A program made the translations under genes and the position numbers. The notes below the pieces were generated by a model, which had not been told where the DNA came from, did no database searches, and worked only from the letters and a program-made list of their open reading frames with translations. From NCBI RefSeq assembly GCF_001194135.2, contig NC_068985.1, positions 115,310,408-115,374,407 of the forward strand: 64,000 bases of DNA. Direction: 5' to 3'. Position 1 is the stretch's first letter. Each line of letters starts with the position of its first letter. This stretch comes from Octopus bimaculoides (taxonomy: Eukaryota). Shown here one piece after another: positions 12,521 through 26,158 of this stretch.

Positions 12521-13865
12521 GATTCTCAGCTTCTCGCTATATCTACAAAAGAAAGGATTTTGTGCTAGGGCACACAGTACCTAAAATCTCCTGCAGATAA
12601 AAATATACAATTGGTTACTTGGTGTCTAATATTGACTGTTAGGATATCAATGTCTCTAGAAAAGCATGTGCCGGGTGTAAGCTTATTCTATACTTTTATT
12701 TACATTTATTCACATTATTTATGTTTCCTTTTTTCATGCCTGTGTGTGTCTTTTGGAAGAAAATGTATGTTAAACTAATACACAAATGTTTGATGTTGTG
12801 CTCATTGACCATAGTCCATAAAACCTACATAGAAATACATTCAATTCAGGTTCGTGCGTGTAGTTACACTTCTTATGCATCTATACATTCGATTCAATAA
12901 ATACACACGCACACATACATAAACATATGTACACTGAAACGCGCGTATGTACATACAAATAGACAAAAAAAAACATGTATATGATATATGATATATGATA
13001 TATATATGTATATATATNNNNNNNNNNNNNNNNNNNNNNNNNNNNNNNNNNNNNNNNNNNNNNNNNNNNNNNNNNNNNNNNNNNNNNNNNNNNNNNNNNN
13101 NNNNNNNNNNNNNNNNNNNNNNNNNNNNNNNNNNNNNNNNNNNNNNNNNNNNNNNNNNNNNNNNNNNNNNNNNNNNNNNNNNNNNNNNNNNNNNNNNNNN
13201 NNNNNNNNNNNNNNNNNNNNNNNNNNNNNNNNNNNNNNNNNNNNNNNNNNNNNNNNNNNNNNNNNNNNNNNNNNNNNNNNNNNNNNNNNNNNNNNNNNNN
13301 NNNNNNNNNNNNNNNNNNNNNNNNNNNNNNNNNNNNNNNNNNNNNNNNNNNNNNNNNNNNNNNNNNNNNNNNNNNNNNNNNNNNNNNNNNNNNNNNNNNN
13401 NNNNNNNNNNNNNNNNNNNNNNNNNNNNNNNNNNNNNNNNNNNNNNNNNNNNNNNNNNNNNNNNNNNNNNNNNNNNNNNNNNNNNNNNNNNNNNNNNNNN
13501 NNNNNNNNNNNNNNNNNNNNNNNNNNNNNNNNNNNNNNNNNNNNNNNNNNNNNNNNNNNNNNNNNNNNNNNNNNNNNNNNNNNNNNNNNNNNNNNNNNNN
13601 NNNNNNNNNNNNNNNNNNNNNNNNNNNNNNNNNNNNNNNNNNNNNNNNNNNNNNNNNNNNNNNNNNNNNNNNNNNNNNNNATATTTATATATAGAAAGAA
13701 ACATAGATAGATGGGTAGATTGATAGATAGATAGATACATACATACATACATACATACATACATACATACATACATACATACATACATACATAGATATAT
13801 CAAGACAGAATGAGAGAAAGCAAACTTCATCTATGTCTATTTTACATTTCTGTGCACAGAAAGAA

Positions 13866-13906
<41 letters not shown>

Positions 13907-14205
13907 AGCACACACACACACACACTCATATAGATAGGCTTTGTCGAAGATCAACCATTAAAAAAAATTGTACTTGACTATAAAATCATGGGATTTGTAA
14001 TATAAGGAGGAAGCATAAAAGAAATATGACACCATTTCTTTCTATTCTGAGAGACAGCAACTAGAGGGGAATATGCCAAGAAAATCATGACTAATCAAAT
14101 AAGTAACTAAATAAGAATTAAGTATATTGGTGAGACAAAGAGAGAGTGGTGCAGCGGTGCGGGTTCGAATACATATACATGTATATATATGCATGTGTGT
14201 GTGTA

Positions 14206-14246
<41 letters not shown>

Positions 14247-14520
14247 CAAAGAATATATATACATGTATACACACATATATGTACATACTTACATCTACAT
14301 GTGTATATACATGCATATCAGGGTACAGGACGTTAGAACAATAAACTACAGACAACGGAACGAACACATAGGAAAACGGAAAGCCCCTTGGAATATCCCT
14401 TCATCAGCTGTCTCTATATATATACACGTATACATATATATGTATATATGTACATATATGTATATACTTATAAATATATATATATATATACTTATATATA
14501 CATTTATATATATTTATGCA

Positions 14521-14555
<35 letters not shown>

Positions 14556-14855
14556 NNNNNNNNNNNNNNNNNNNNNNNNNNNNNNNNNNNNNNNNNNNNN
14601 NNNNNNNNNNNNNNNNNNNNNNNNNNNNNNNNNNNNNNNNNNNNNNNNNNNNNNNNNNNNNNNNNNNNNNNNNNNNNNNNNNNNNNNNNNNNNNNNNNNN
14701 NNNNNNNNNNNNNNNNNNNNNNNNNNNNNNNNNNNNNNNNNNNNNNNNNNNNNNNNNNNNNNNNNNNNNNNNNNNNNNNNNNNNNNNNNNNNNNNNNNNN
14801 NNNNNNNNNNNNNNNNNNNNNNNNNNNNNNNNNNNNNNNNNNNNNNNNNNNNNNN

Positions 14856-14927
<72 letters not shown>

Positions 14928-14934
14928 ATGTCAC

Positions 14935-15400
14935 ACAGGGAGATAGCGTCAGAGAGAAAGGCAGAAAGAACTGAGCCAAGATAGTGTAAGAGAGCGAGAA
15001 AGAGAGAGGAGAAGGAAGAGAGAGATAGGAGAGAAGACACAGAGGTGAGGAGAAGGAGAATGTGAAATGTGGTAAGAGATACGAATGACAATCAGAGATA
15101 TAAAGGGAGCGACAGAGTGAGAGAGTAAAGAAAGAGAGAGAGAAAGTAAGTTATAGAGATAGTGTTATACACAGGCCTAAAGAGAGAGTAACCGAAACAG
15201 AGAAACGGCGAGACTGAGAGAGAAAGAGTGAAGTGAGATGAAGTTAGATACAAAATTAAAAATGGAAAACGATAGGTGGACATATAGAAAGGGCTAAAGT
15301 GAAATTCGAAAAGAAAGAGGGGGAGAGAGAAGGTGAAGGGGTAAAAAGAGAGAAGAAGAGATGGACAGAGATTGGTGCGGAGAGACAGAGGTAGAGAAAG
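14935..15400. repeat. Polypurine (GA-rich) low-complexity tract
   Basis: About 460 bp of almost entirely A/G on the plus strand. Confidence 0.85.
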
Positions 15401-16428
15401 AATAATTTCCTGATTAGTTCATCAAAATATTTGAATAATTATGTGATCTTTGACCTAATAGACCATCCTACATATATAAATATACATACGTTTATTCACT
15501 CAAAACACTTATATGCGTCTATGTATACATATACATACATATATATCTATGTATATATCTACACACATATAAGAACACTAACATTGACACAGACATTGAG
15601 AGAAACACATACAAGCCTATATATATATATATATATNNNNNNNNNNNNNNNNNNNNNNNNNNNNNNNNNNNNNNNNNNNNNNNNNNNNNNNNNNNNNNNN
15701 NNNNNNNNNNNNNNNNNNNNNNNNNNNNNNNNNNNNNNNNNNNNNNNNNNNNNNNNNNNNNNNNNNNNNNNNNNNNNNNNNNNNNNNNNNNNNNNNNNNN
15801 NNNNNNNNNNNNNNNNNNNNNNNNNNNNNNNNNNNNNNNNNNNNNNNNNNNNNNNNNNNNNNNNNNNNNNNNNNNNNNNNNNNNNNNNNNNNNNNNNNNN
15901 NNNNNNNNNNNNNNNNNNNNNNNNNNNNNNNNNNNNNNNNNNNNNNNNNNNNNNNNNNNNNNNNNNNNNNNNNNNNNNNNNNNNNNNNNNNNNNNNNNNN
16001 NNNNNNNNNNNNNNNNNNNNNNNNNNNNNNNNNNNNNNNNNNNNNNNNNNNNNNNNNNNNNNNNNNNNNNNNNNNNNNNNNNNNNNNNNNNNNNNNNNNN
16101 NNNNNNNNNNNNNNNNNNNNNNNNNNNNNNNNNNNNNNNNNNNNNNNNNNNNNNNNNNNNNNNNNNNNNNNNNNNNNNNNNNNNNNNNNNNNNNNNNNNN
16201 NNNNNNNNNNNNNNNNNNNNNNNNNNNNNNNNNNNNNNNNNNNNNNNNNNNNNNNNNNNNNNNNNNNNNNNNNNNNNNNNNNNNNNNNNNNNNNNNNNNN
16301 NNNNNNNNNNNNNNNNNNNNNNNNNNNNNNNNNNNNNNNNNNNNNNNNNNNNNNNNNNNNNNNNNNNNNNNNNNNNNNNNNNNNNNNNNNNNNNNNNNNN
16401 NNNNNNNNNNNNNNNNNNNNNNNNNNNN

Positions 16429-16476
<48 letters not shown>

Positions 16477-17474
16477 CATGTGTAATTTATGTGTGCATGT
16501 ATATACAATATATGTATGCTATATATACAGATATATTGGACATATATATATGTAATTCTATACTGAGGAACATATATGACGTTATGAATGTCTGTGTATC
16601 TCTGTCGAAGATCTCTCTCTCACTCTTTCTCTCTCCGCCTGTCTGTCTGTCTCTCCAGGTCTCTCAGTGTGTCTCTGTGTGTCTGTGTGTGTGCGTGAGC
16701 GAATGTAAGTGTGTATGCGTGTGTGTTTCTCTGTTTCTCTGCTTCTTTGTTTCTGTATATGTTTATTCCTCTTCTATCACGAAAGGAAATCGTCTGATTC
16801 ATTGAAACCGCCTTCAGGGCAGTCAATTTCTTGCTGCTGCTGCTACTGTTGCCACCACCACCAACACCACCACTAAGAACAACCACTACTACCCGATACC
16901 AGTACTAACGGTTTATAGCAAAATCCATTACTAGCAAGATTTCCACAATCATGTGACTAACCACACAAGTCAATTGTAAAGTAACACCATGTTAACAATA
17001 GCTACATCAACGCTATTACTACATCCACCACTACCACCACCGCGACCACCACGAAATTACTACTGCCATAGAAACGGTGCGGAAGCCTCTAGCTGGGATT
17101 GCATACTTGTTTTCTACGTTATAGCTGCGAAGTAAACTTCTTAAAACACTTAAGTGGAATAAAATGACAAATAACGAAGAAGGAGAGCTTGTAACAATAC
17201 ACATAGTGAAAGTTAGATAACATTTAAACATTTCAAGCCCATCATCAGAATTAACCGCCTTCGAAGTGAACAATTATGGAGATCATGTGCGCCTGGAATA
17301 TATAAAGGTTATATAAAGGTTATGTAACTTTTCATTTTCGTATTGTAAGGCGCTCTCTGCCTTCGCAATGCATCAAGTAAACTACAATGCTTTTCTTGCG
17401 TTTAGTGGGTTTATATGGACGAACGATTGCGTGTTGTTGTAATAAATTATCATTTATCGTTACTTCTTCTTCTG

Positions 17475-17670
17475 TTGGTAACTGGACCGCGGTCATGCTG
17501 GAGCACCACTTTGAAGGGTTTCCGTCGCATGAATCAAATGCCAGTATTTATTATTATTTGCAGTTTGCCGAACAGCTAAGTTACAGGATCGTAACACTGG
17601 TTTAGCATGTAGGGGCTGAGAACAAAACAAACACAAAGAGACACACACACACGCACCCATACACACACAT

Positions 17671-17708
<38 letters not shown>

Positions 17709-18076
17709 NNNNNNNNNNNNNNNNNNNNNNNNNNNNNNNNNNNNNNNNNNNNNNNNNNNNNNNNNNNNNNNNNNNNNNNNNNNNNNNNNNNNNNNNNNNN
17801 NNNNNNNNNNNNNNNNNNNNNNNNNNNNNNNNNNNNNNNNNNNNNNNNNNNNNNNNNNNNNNNNNNNNNNNNNNNNNNNNNNNNNNNNNNNNNNNNNNNN
17901 NNNNNNNNNNNNNNNNNNNNNNNNNNNNNNNNNNNNNNNNNNNNNNNNNNNNNNNNNNNNNNNNNNNNNNNNNNNNNNNNNNNNNNNNNNNNNNNNNNNN
18001 NNNNNNNNNNNNNNNNNNNNNNNNNNNNNNNNNNNNNNNNNNNNNNNNNNNNNNNNNNNNNNNNNNNNNNNNNNNN

Positions 18077-18131
<55 letters not shown>

Positions 18132-18316
18132 TGTGGTGTGTGTGTATGTATGTATGTATATATACGATGGCCTTCTTTCAGTTTCCGTCTAAGAAATTCA
18201 CTCACAAGGCTTTGATCGACTCGAGGCTACAGTAGAAGTGAGTTGCTCAAGGTGCTACGCAATGGGATTGAACTCAGAACCATGTTGTTGGTAAGCAAGC
18301 TACTTACTACACAGCC
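17475..18316 (-). mobile_element. SINE family B, diverged full-length copy with its internal microsatellite spanning a gap
   Basis: The 3' part (gcggtcatgctggagcaccac..gccgaacagctaagttac) and the 5' part (ccttctttcagtttccgtct..ctacttactacacagcc) flank (CA)/(TA) and N. Confidence 0.88.
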
Positions 18317-18319
18317 ATT

Positions 18320-18600
18320 TGATGTGCTACGTTATGCATTTACTGATTTTAGGAAAGTCTCATCTCGCTTCTGTCTTCAGACTCAATCTGATGCTCCGCT
18401 GCATGTGTTTGCTTATGCTGGGAATGTCACATCTCCTTTCTCCCTTGACACTCTATCTGACGTGCTGCAGCATGTATTTGCCGATCTTGGGAATGTCTCA
18501 TCTCCCTTCTGTATTGAGATTCCATACGACGTACTGCTGCATACGTTTGCTGATCTTGGGAAAGTCTCATCTCCTATCTCCCATAAAACTCCATTAATTT
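18320..18600 (-). pseudogene. STPR-like 23-aa x 4 coding repeat relic, probably the N-terminus of a Helitron Rep/Hel protein
   Basis: 69-bp period. The minus frame reads MEFYGR*EMRLSQDQQTYAAVRR / MESQYRREMRHSQDRQIHAAARQ / IECQGRKEM*HSQHKQTHAAEHQ / IESEDRSEMRLS*NQ*MHNVAHQ. Confidence 0.6.
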
Positions 18601-18899
18601 AAGGGTAAAGATCTAATTGTAAATACCTTGCAACTGCTGCGATAAATATGAACTTGTAATTCAACGGTAAATATGTGCTTTTATATAACATGGATATGCC
18701 ACCAAATTGGTTTTGGTGAAGAGTTTCATCTCCAGCCATTCGTTATGTCAGTCAACACGCATACAGTGACACACAATTCCGCTGTCATGGCGGTAAAGAC
18801 GGAAATTTGCCGATGCGTAATGCTGTTCACATTAGTGTATTAATTATTAATTTATTTATCACAATTGAATGAAAGAATAAAAGGGAAACAATATTATAT

Positions 18900-20030
18900 G
18901 ACATTACAATATAGATCATATTCTTTCACTTTTGACACGTAATACCGAACCAGTGCCAATGTTATATTGTTTTAATCTACATGAAAAACAAATTACATGT
19001 TGACTCTCACGGAGTCTGATATTATCTTGTGAAATTTGACTTGATTTGGTCGAGCCGTTTGAAAATGCTTCGGGAAAAGACACAGAGACAAAAACATTTT
19101 TATACATAGACAAGGAAGTCAATTTGTAGACAGAACTTACAAACTGCTTTGAGCGTATAAAGCCCTAGCAGAAAATAGCTTGAGGGGAAAAACTTGAGCT
19201 GCTTTAGAATATCTTTTCTAACGTATGACCGCTCAGTGGTGAGGTTAATATATCATTGGTCAGTAATAAAGGCTTATCGACTGTAAGTGGCCCATAGCGG
19301 TCATACGTACGCATGCACGACCATACGCACAGCGTTTTTCGATAGAAGGAGAAATTCAAATAGTGTATTTAAATAGACGAAGTGCAAAAAATTTTAAATA
19401 AAGTAAAATTTGGGGGAGAACGTACAAATACCGTAAAGACAAAAATATTTACGTACGACAAAATTGAAATACACTGAAGTCGATTTTTAGTTAGATGTGG
19501 CAAAAGTGAATTTAAACACATTGAGCGAACAAAATTTAAGAATAACTAAATTACTTTTCTGGAAGAATGTACAAAACCGTAACAACAGAGATTTTACGCA
19601 CGACTAATTAAAATACACTGTCAATTTGTAGACAGAAGTTAGTGTGAAAGTGAGTTAGAGGGAGAGAGAGAGAGAGAGGGAGAGAGAGAGAGAGAGAGAG
19701 AGGGAGGGAGAGAAAGAAACAGACATAGACTAAAAGAGGGGAACAATTATAGAAGGTAAGAGAGAATCTGTGTAAGCAAGAGAAAGAGAGAATAAGAAAG
19801 AGAGAGAGAAGAGAGAAAGAAACACAGAGACAGAAACAGTGGGAATTAGTTGAAAGCCGTAGAAATCTTTAGCGAAAAACACGTGTAAAACACCGTTTTC
19901 CCGGTTTCTCGCTTTACGATGGAGCTCTGGGTAAAATGCAATAGTGCATGACAATCTTTGGCACATAAGTAATATGTCTGTAAGGTTTGGTGAAAATCGG
20001 TTGAAAACTGTAGACACAGATGAAACATTA
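18900..20030. mobile_element. Helentron/HINE-like non-autonomous element debris
   Basis: Contains gaaatttgacttgatttggtcgagccgttt...acaaaaacatttttatacataga and aaggtttggtgaaaatcggttgaaaactgtag (motifs I associate with HINE/DINE-like ends), internal direct repeats, a 13-bp inverted repeat and a (GA)n tract. Confidence 0.45.
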
Positions 20031-20059
20031 CCATCACATGCCTCGAATTTGACACAGAT

Positions 20060-21000
20060 AAAACACCGGAATTTATACATGTTCAAAACATTATCGATGA
20101 AAACCCCAGATGACCAATGAGGTCCATTTCTAAAGAACTTCGAATGTCTGAGAGGACTGTCAGAACTGTGGTACATCGTGACACTCGATACAAGTCCTAT
20201 GTAATGAAGAAAAGCCAGTTCGTGTCTGCAAAGACACAGGAAGACCGTCGCATCCGGTTACGTAAAAAAGTGAACAAGTCATGCTTTGGTTTTTCTCCGA
20301 CGAAAAAATCTTTGATCAGGATCAAAAGAGTAAACAGAAAAAATGACCGGTGGTTATGTGCAGATCCTTCTGAAGTACCCAAAGTGATGTGCATGAAATT
20401 TCCAGCAATTGTGATGGTTTTAGGATTGGTGAGTAGCTAAAGTAATATGATGCCTCCCCACTTTTTTCCAAAAGGTCTTAGAATTATTACTAGATGCATA
20501 GAGGGACTAGGAACTGTTAACAAGCCCTGGATTGATAAGTATGCAATGGAAAGCCACAAGTGTTTCAACAAGACTTAGCACTTCCTTACAAAGCCCTAGT
20601 CACCCAAGAAGGTTGTCAGGCAATCTTTACGATTATGCAACACCCAATATGTGGCCTCCAAACTTGCCAGATTTGAACCACATGGACTACTACGTGTGGA
20701 GCACTGTTGAAAGGGAGACTAATCGTCATCCTCATAATACCATAGCTTCACCGAAGGCCGCCATTGTCCAGGTGATGTTCGAAATAAATAAGGACCATAT
20801 AGTGTTAGCATACCATCGATTTCGGTCCCGTATTCAAGCAGTCATCGAAACCGAAGGTGGTTTCATAGAATAATTTGCTTAAAAAATCATTATGAAAAAT
20901 AATTGTACAAATGTTTATTCAAATACATATTTATTTATGCTGAAATATAGTTGTTTTATTGTGTACCAAAACTGTCCTCAAATATCCCTCGCACTCTGTA
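20060..21000 (+). mobile_element. Tc1/mariner superfamily, DD37D (maT-like) transposase pseudogene with its right end
   Basis: RSISKELRMSERTVRTVVH..RYKSYVMKK..FFSDEKIFDQD..NRKNDRWLCADPSEVPKVM..KFPAIVMVLGLVSS..QQD..WPPNLPDLNHMDYYVWSTVERETNRHPHNTIASPKAAI..EGGFIE*. Restoring one missing base gives 37 residues between the second and third catalytic D. Ends ...cactctg-TA at about 21000. Confidence 0.92.
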
Positions 21001-21016
21001 TATAGGTATATGTGTA

Positions 21017-21066
<50 letters not shown>

Positions 21067-21168
21067 GACTTGCAAAACAAATATGTAAACGGAACACATA
21101 TATATATATATTTACATATATGTTTGTAAAAGTGTGTGTATATATATATGTGTGTGTGTACATATATG

Positions 21169-21207
<39 letters not shown>

Positions 21208-21217
21208 NNNNNNNNNN

Positions 21218-21252
<35 letters not shown>

Positions 21253-21254
21253 AA

Positions 21255-21790
21255 TCAACTTCGAAACGATAGAAGGCAAAAAAGTTCTCGGTGGATTTTG
21301 AACCGACATCGGAAAGAACCGGAAAAGTCACGCTGAATACCTTAGTACGATGCACCAATGAATCAACACCTTATAAGAATAATTAGTTCTCATACTGGAA
21401 ATTCCGGGCCATCTAGGAAAAATTGAAAATAATGTAAGAATAATCCTTTCTACATAAAGACAAAGTTTGACATTTTTGAGGAGCAGGGTGGGGTGCTAGT
21501 CGATTACAGCGGACTCAGTGTTCAATTTGTACTTATTTTATCGACCCCGTATGGATGAAAAGCAAGGTCGACCTCGGCGGAATCTGAACTCGGAACGGAA
21601 AGCCGAAAAATGTCCGCGAAACATTTTGCCCTGCGTGCTAACGATTCTGCTATTTCACTACATGAACAAGTGTCAGAATAATGATGACGATTGTTTTTCT
21701 AGTCACAAAAACAGAAATTTCGAAGGTAAAAGGTTACAGTCGATGAAATTGACACCCAAAGGATGACTGGTATTAATTTTATCGTCCTCG
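21255..21790 (-). mobile_element. Three clustered SINE family C fragments
   Basis: ggcaaggtcgacctcggcggaatctgaactc..gctaacgattctgc at 21480-21655; more decayed copies at 21255-21360 and 21700-21785. Confidence 0.75.
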
Positions 21791-22512
21791 TTGCTGACGT
21801 TCACAAAATAAGTATGACTCAAATGTACTCTCTTACATTCATAGACAACCCATATAATTACATTTGGTTCAAATACTATAGTCTCAAATTCGCACCAACT
21901 CACATGCGTATACTCGAGCACAAGCACACATACATACACACACAAACACACACACACACTCTCATACTTGTGCCCTCATACTCACTTACGCACGGAGGAA
22001 ACGCAGAACCACACAAAGATACGCATATTTACATACACGTATATATATACACCCAATCATTTGGTCTCCAAATTTCTTTCCCGTTCTCTACCATACACTA
22101 TGCTTCACATGTAACACTCCTGCACGCGGAGCGACAGAGCTAGAACGGCATTGAGAGCGAGAGCTGGTGGAGGGGTGACGCATAAGCATCCACACTCATA
22201 CACACATATGTTTCTTCAATATCAGTGTTTATTACTCATGCACAATCTATCGAATACGTATATACTCATATGCATAGACACACATATATACTGTCACGAA
22301 ACAAAACACAAACATACATTTCTTAAACACATCTGCATTGCTTTCTCTTTCGTTGTCTCTATTTAAAAAATTATTCCTTGACCAAACTTCACAAACTTCC
22401 CCCACTCTTTCTCTTTCTCCACACACACACACACACACACACAAATACGTACATATACAAACAAGTACATATATAAATACACGCGCACATACACACACGC
22501 ACATATATATAC

Positions 22513-22549
<37 letters not shown>

Positions 22550-22799
22550 NNNNNNNNNNNNNNNNNNNNNNNNNNNNNNNNNNNNNNNNNNNNNNNNNNN
22601 NNNNNNNNNNNNNNNNNNNNNNNNNNNNNNNNNNNNNNNNNNNNNNNNNNNNNNNNNNNNNNNNNNNNNNNNNNNNNNNNNNNNNNNNNNNNNNNNNNNN
22701 NNNNNNNNNNNNNNNNNNNNNNNNNNNNNNNNNNNNNNNNNNNNNNNNNNNNNNNNNNNNNNNNNNNNNNNNNNNNNNNNNNNNNNNNNNNNGTGTATG

Positions 22800-23012
22800 T
22801 ATGTTTGTGTATCTGTGTTTGTCCCCCCAACATCGCTTGACAGCCGATGGTGGTGTGTTTACGTCCCCGTAACTTAGCGGTTCGGCAAAAGAGACCGATG
22901 CAATAAGTACTAGGCATCCAAAGAATAAGTCCTGGGGTCGATTTGCTCGACTAAATGCGGTGCTCCAGCATGGCCGCAGTCAAATGACTGAAACAAGTAA
23001 AAGAGAGTAATA
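22800..23012 (+). mobile_element. SINE family B, 3' half (5' half presumably lost in or before the gap)
   Basis: gtgtttgtccccccaacatcgcttgacagccgatg..caaatgactgaaacaagtaaaagagagtaa. Confidence 0.92.
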
Positions 23013-23035
23013 TATGTACATATATGTAGTCTCTC

Positions 23036-23090
<55 letters not shown>

Positions 23091-23652
23091 GTATATATGT
23101 GTGTGTAATCCATAATACAATATGTCTAATATTTTTATTTGTTCTTCGATTCTGCCTGGCTTTCTTCCTTCCATTTTTTCTCAATCTCTTTCTCTTCCAC
23201 ATCTCCTCCCACCACCGCATTCTCCATCACTATTTTTATTCCAAATTCTACCTCAAACTATTTCTCACCAATACCACCGTACCACATTCTACCTCGTATC
23301 CCTAATCAAACTTTCTCTATCTCTTTCTCACCCCTACCCGCGTATACTCTCACCAGTTTCGTTCACTTTTTCTCTCTTCCTCTTTCTCTGTTTTCTCCGT
23401 CCGTCCCTCCTTCCATCCATCCAACCATCCATCTATTCGTCCGTCAATCCATCCATTCACCTCCTTCCACCATTACTCCCTCCTACCCGCAACCGTTATC
23501 CAGTTAATATAGTAGACAACCATCAGAAGAATACAGAACAGACTGAACGTCTGCAATTTTACAGCAGAACTACCAAATTGCATGCCGCATTGGAATCGAT
23601 TGTCTTTTACCAACTACAACACTTGCAACACCACCACTACTACTACTATTAT

Positions 23653-23700
<48 letters not shown>

Positions 23701-23959
23701 AAGCATTCCGACCACTCACCACATCCACTCCTACGCACACAGTTCCACAATCACCAATCCCGTTAAAAGAGACCGAATTTTGAACACTCCCAGCAACACT
23801 CTGCTGGAGATCCGGCTTTGGCCGAGATGAGAGATAAAAGGTTTGACGAAGAATTGCCAAAAAAAGAAACGGAAAATTGATTGTGGATCGAAACGTATCA
23901 GATGTGACGTTAACATTAGGCAGTCCGTTACCCAAGACGACCATTTCACATTTTCATAT

Positions 23960-24277
23960 GTTGTTGTTTTTGTGACGAGGGTCCCAGCTGATACGATCAA
24001 CGGAACAGCTTGCTCGTGAAATTAACGTGCAAGTGATTGAGCAATCCACAGACACGTGTACCCCTAACGTAGTTCTCAGGGAGATTCAGCGTGACACAGA
24101 GTCTGACAAGGCCGGCCCTTTGAAACACAGGTACTACTCATTTTTGCCACCTGAGTGAACTGAAGCAACGTGAAATAAAGTGTCTTGCTCAAGGACACAA
24201 CGCATCGCCGGGAATTGAACTCCTGACCTTACGATCGTGAGCCGAAAGCCCTAACCACTGAGCCACGCGCCTTCACT
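23960..24277 (-). mobile_element. tRNA-derived SINE (CORE/Meta-like body plus the shared (CAA)n-ending tail) with a 12-bp TSD
   Basis: Head gtgaaggcgcgtggctcagtggttaggg..gagttcaattcc. TSD ACATTTTCATAT at 23948-23959 and 24278-24289. Confidence 0.92.
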
Positions 24278-24339
24278 ACATTTTCATATAAACCTCACAC
24301 ATTACACATCTCTAAAACCCATCTTTGAGTTGTTTGCGG

Positions 24340-24682
24340 TAAAAGGGTAAAGACTTCATTTGGTCATGAATAGTCATAGGATTGCGCCAAGGAATATCAT
24401 CTCCAAGGCACAAGTCCAGACAAGGTTGTTTATGGAAGACTAGCAACCCCCCCCCATGCATACCAGCCTCTTCTCTCCATGTCACCAATGTTGTCCAAGG
24501 GAAAGGCTAAGGCCGATACAGCTTGGTACCAGAGACGTCGCAACTCATTTCTACAGCTGAGTGAACTGGAGCAACGGGAAATAAAAGTCTCTTGCTCAAG
24601 AACACAACACAGAGCCTGGTTCGGATATCGAAATCACTCCCTCATGATTGTGAGTCCGATGCTTTAACCACTGAACCATGCG
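24340..24682 (-). mobile_element. tRNA-derived SINE with the same CORE/Meta-like body but a different 3' tail
   Basis: Head and gttgtgttcttgagcaagagacttttatttcccgttgctccagttcactcagctg resemble the 23960 copy; the downstream sequence is unrelated to it. Confidence 0.8.
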
Positions 24683-25693
24683 GGGTATCACGTATGATTT
24701 TCCAGTGTTTACATTTAATCTCTCTTATATTTTATATATTATTTACTACTTAATACCTATATCTGTCTATCTCCTATTTACTATCTAATACCCATATCTG
24801 TCTATCTCCTACTTCTTTCTATCCCTGGTGGTACGGATCAGAACTTCTTCTAAAACACGAAAGTTTGTCGAAAATGATCAGAGGAATTTTTACAATCTTC
24901 CAGCACCTTTCTCTTGTTTGTTGGTTAAGTTCATTGAAAAGACGCGAGAAACTGCTTCGCCCAAAATTAATCTTGATCAATAATATCTAAAGCAATTCAA
25001 AGAGGTATATTTTGTCTTTGAAAAGAAACCAAATGATTTAAAATGTTCTTTGGTGTCTAAGAAAATAGGCTGTAGTTTGACTGTCAATTAGCTGAAGCGA
25101 AATATGTTGTTGCCGTTATAAAAATTTTATAAGCTTACGAGAGAACGAGAAGAATACGAAATACAACTGTTTCTCGCAAATTCGCATCAAACTACGTTCA
25201 TGTGCCAAATACCTGCGCCAGGCCAGACTGGAGTTAACTATATATTACAATACTTGAAGTTTAGTGTTGACAAAAACCTAACGGACAAAAATAATTTATT
25301 TTTTTACATATTTCTAATCACTGTAATATCTATTCCTTAACATTCTTTTTCTAAATAGAACTGTTTTCTAAAACTATTAGCAATGTAGTGATGTGACCGC
25401 ATGACTCCAGGTTCCAGATTTTAGTCACATCGAACAAATTCTCCTTCATGGAAACCGATTATCTACAAAACCCTTCAATGGATTTTGAAATACCGAATCT
25501 TCCGACTGCTTCGTACTTTTATGGTTTGAAATCTCTGCGGGTCTGTTGTGAGGGCTCATCTGCCAAAAATTTATGCGCATATGCGTACATACACGCAAGC
25601 GTAAATGACACACGCTGAAATACATACATACGTGCGTGTGTGTGTATACGTGTCCATATATGCACACTTCCATATATGTATAAGTGTATATAC

Positions 25694-25725
<32 letters not shown>

Positions 25726-26158
25726 NNNNNNNNNNNNNNNNNNCATTATTGTTTGGTTTTACGTTATATATAATTAAAACAGTTTTTAACTCATTACTTT
25801 CCAGTAAAGTACTTCTTTACGTTTGTAAATAAGAAGTTGACAGTGACTTCGAAGTTTCGGTTTGCTCTCGTCAGACTGGCTTGCTTTGCTTATATATATA
25901 TATATATATTTGAATCTTGGTCATAATCTGTAAAGTAACGTGATGTATGTGGATGATGTATCACAGTAATAAAATGGTGTTCACTGGTCATTTATTTTTT
26001 GCTGTTATTTTTGTGGTGGTCTGGAGACTGATTCGTCGGTGTCAGCCAGAAGAAGGTCTTGCGTTTTTGTTCATCCGCAGTAATGAGGACCGAGCGATGT
26101 TACATGGCGACACACGAGTTGCCTCAGTTGTTTTTTATACGATTAGCAACTTGAGATA

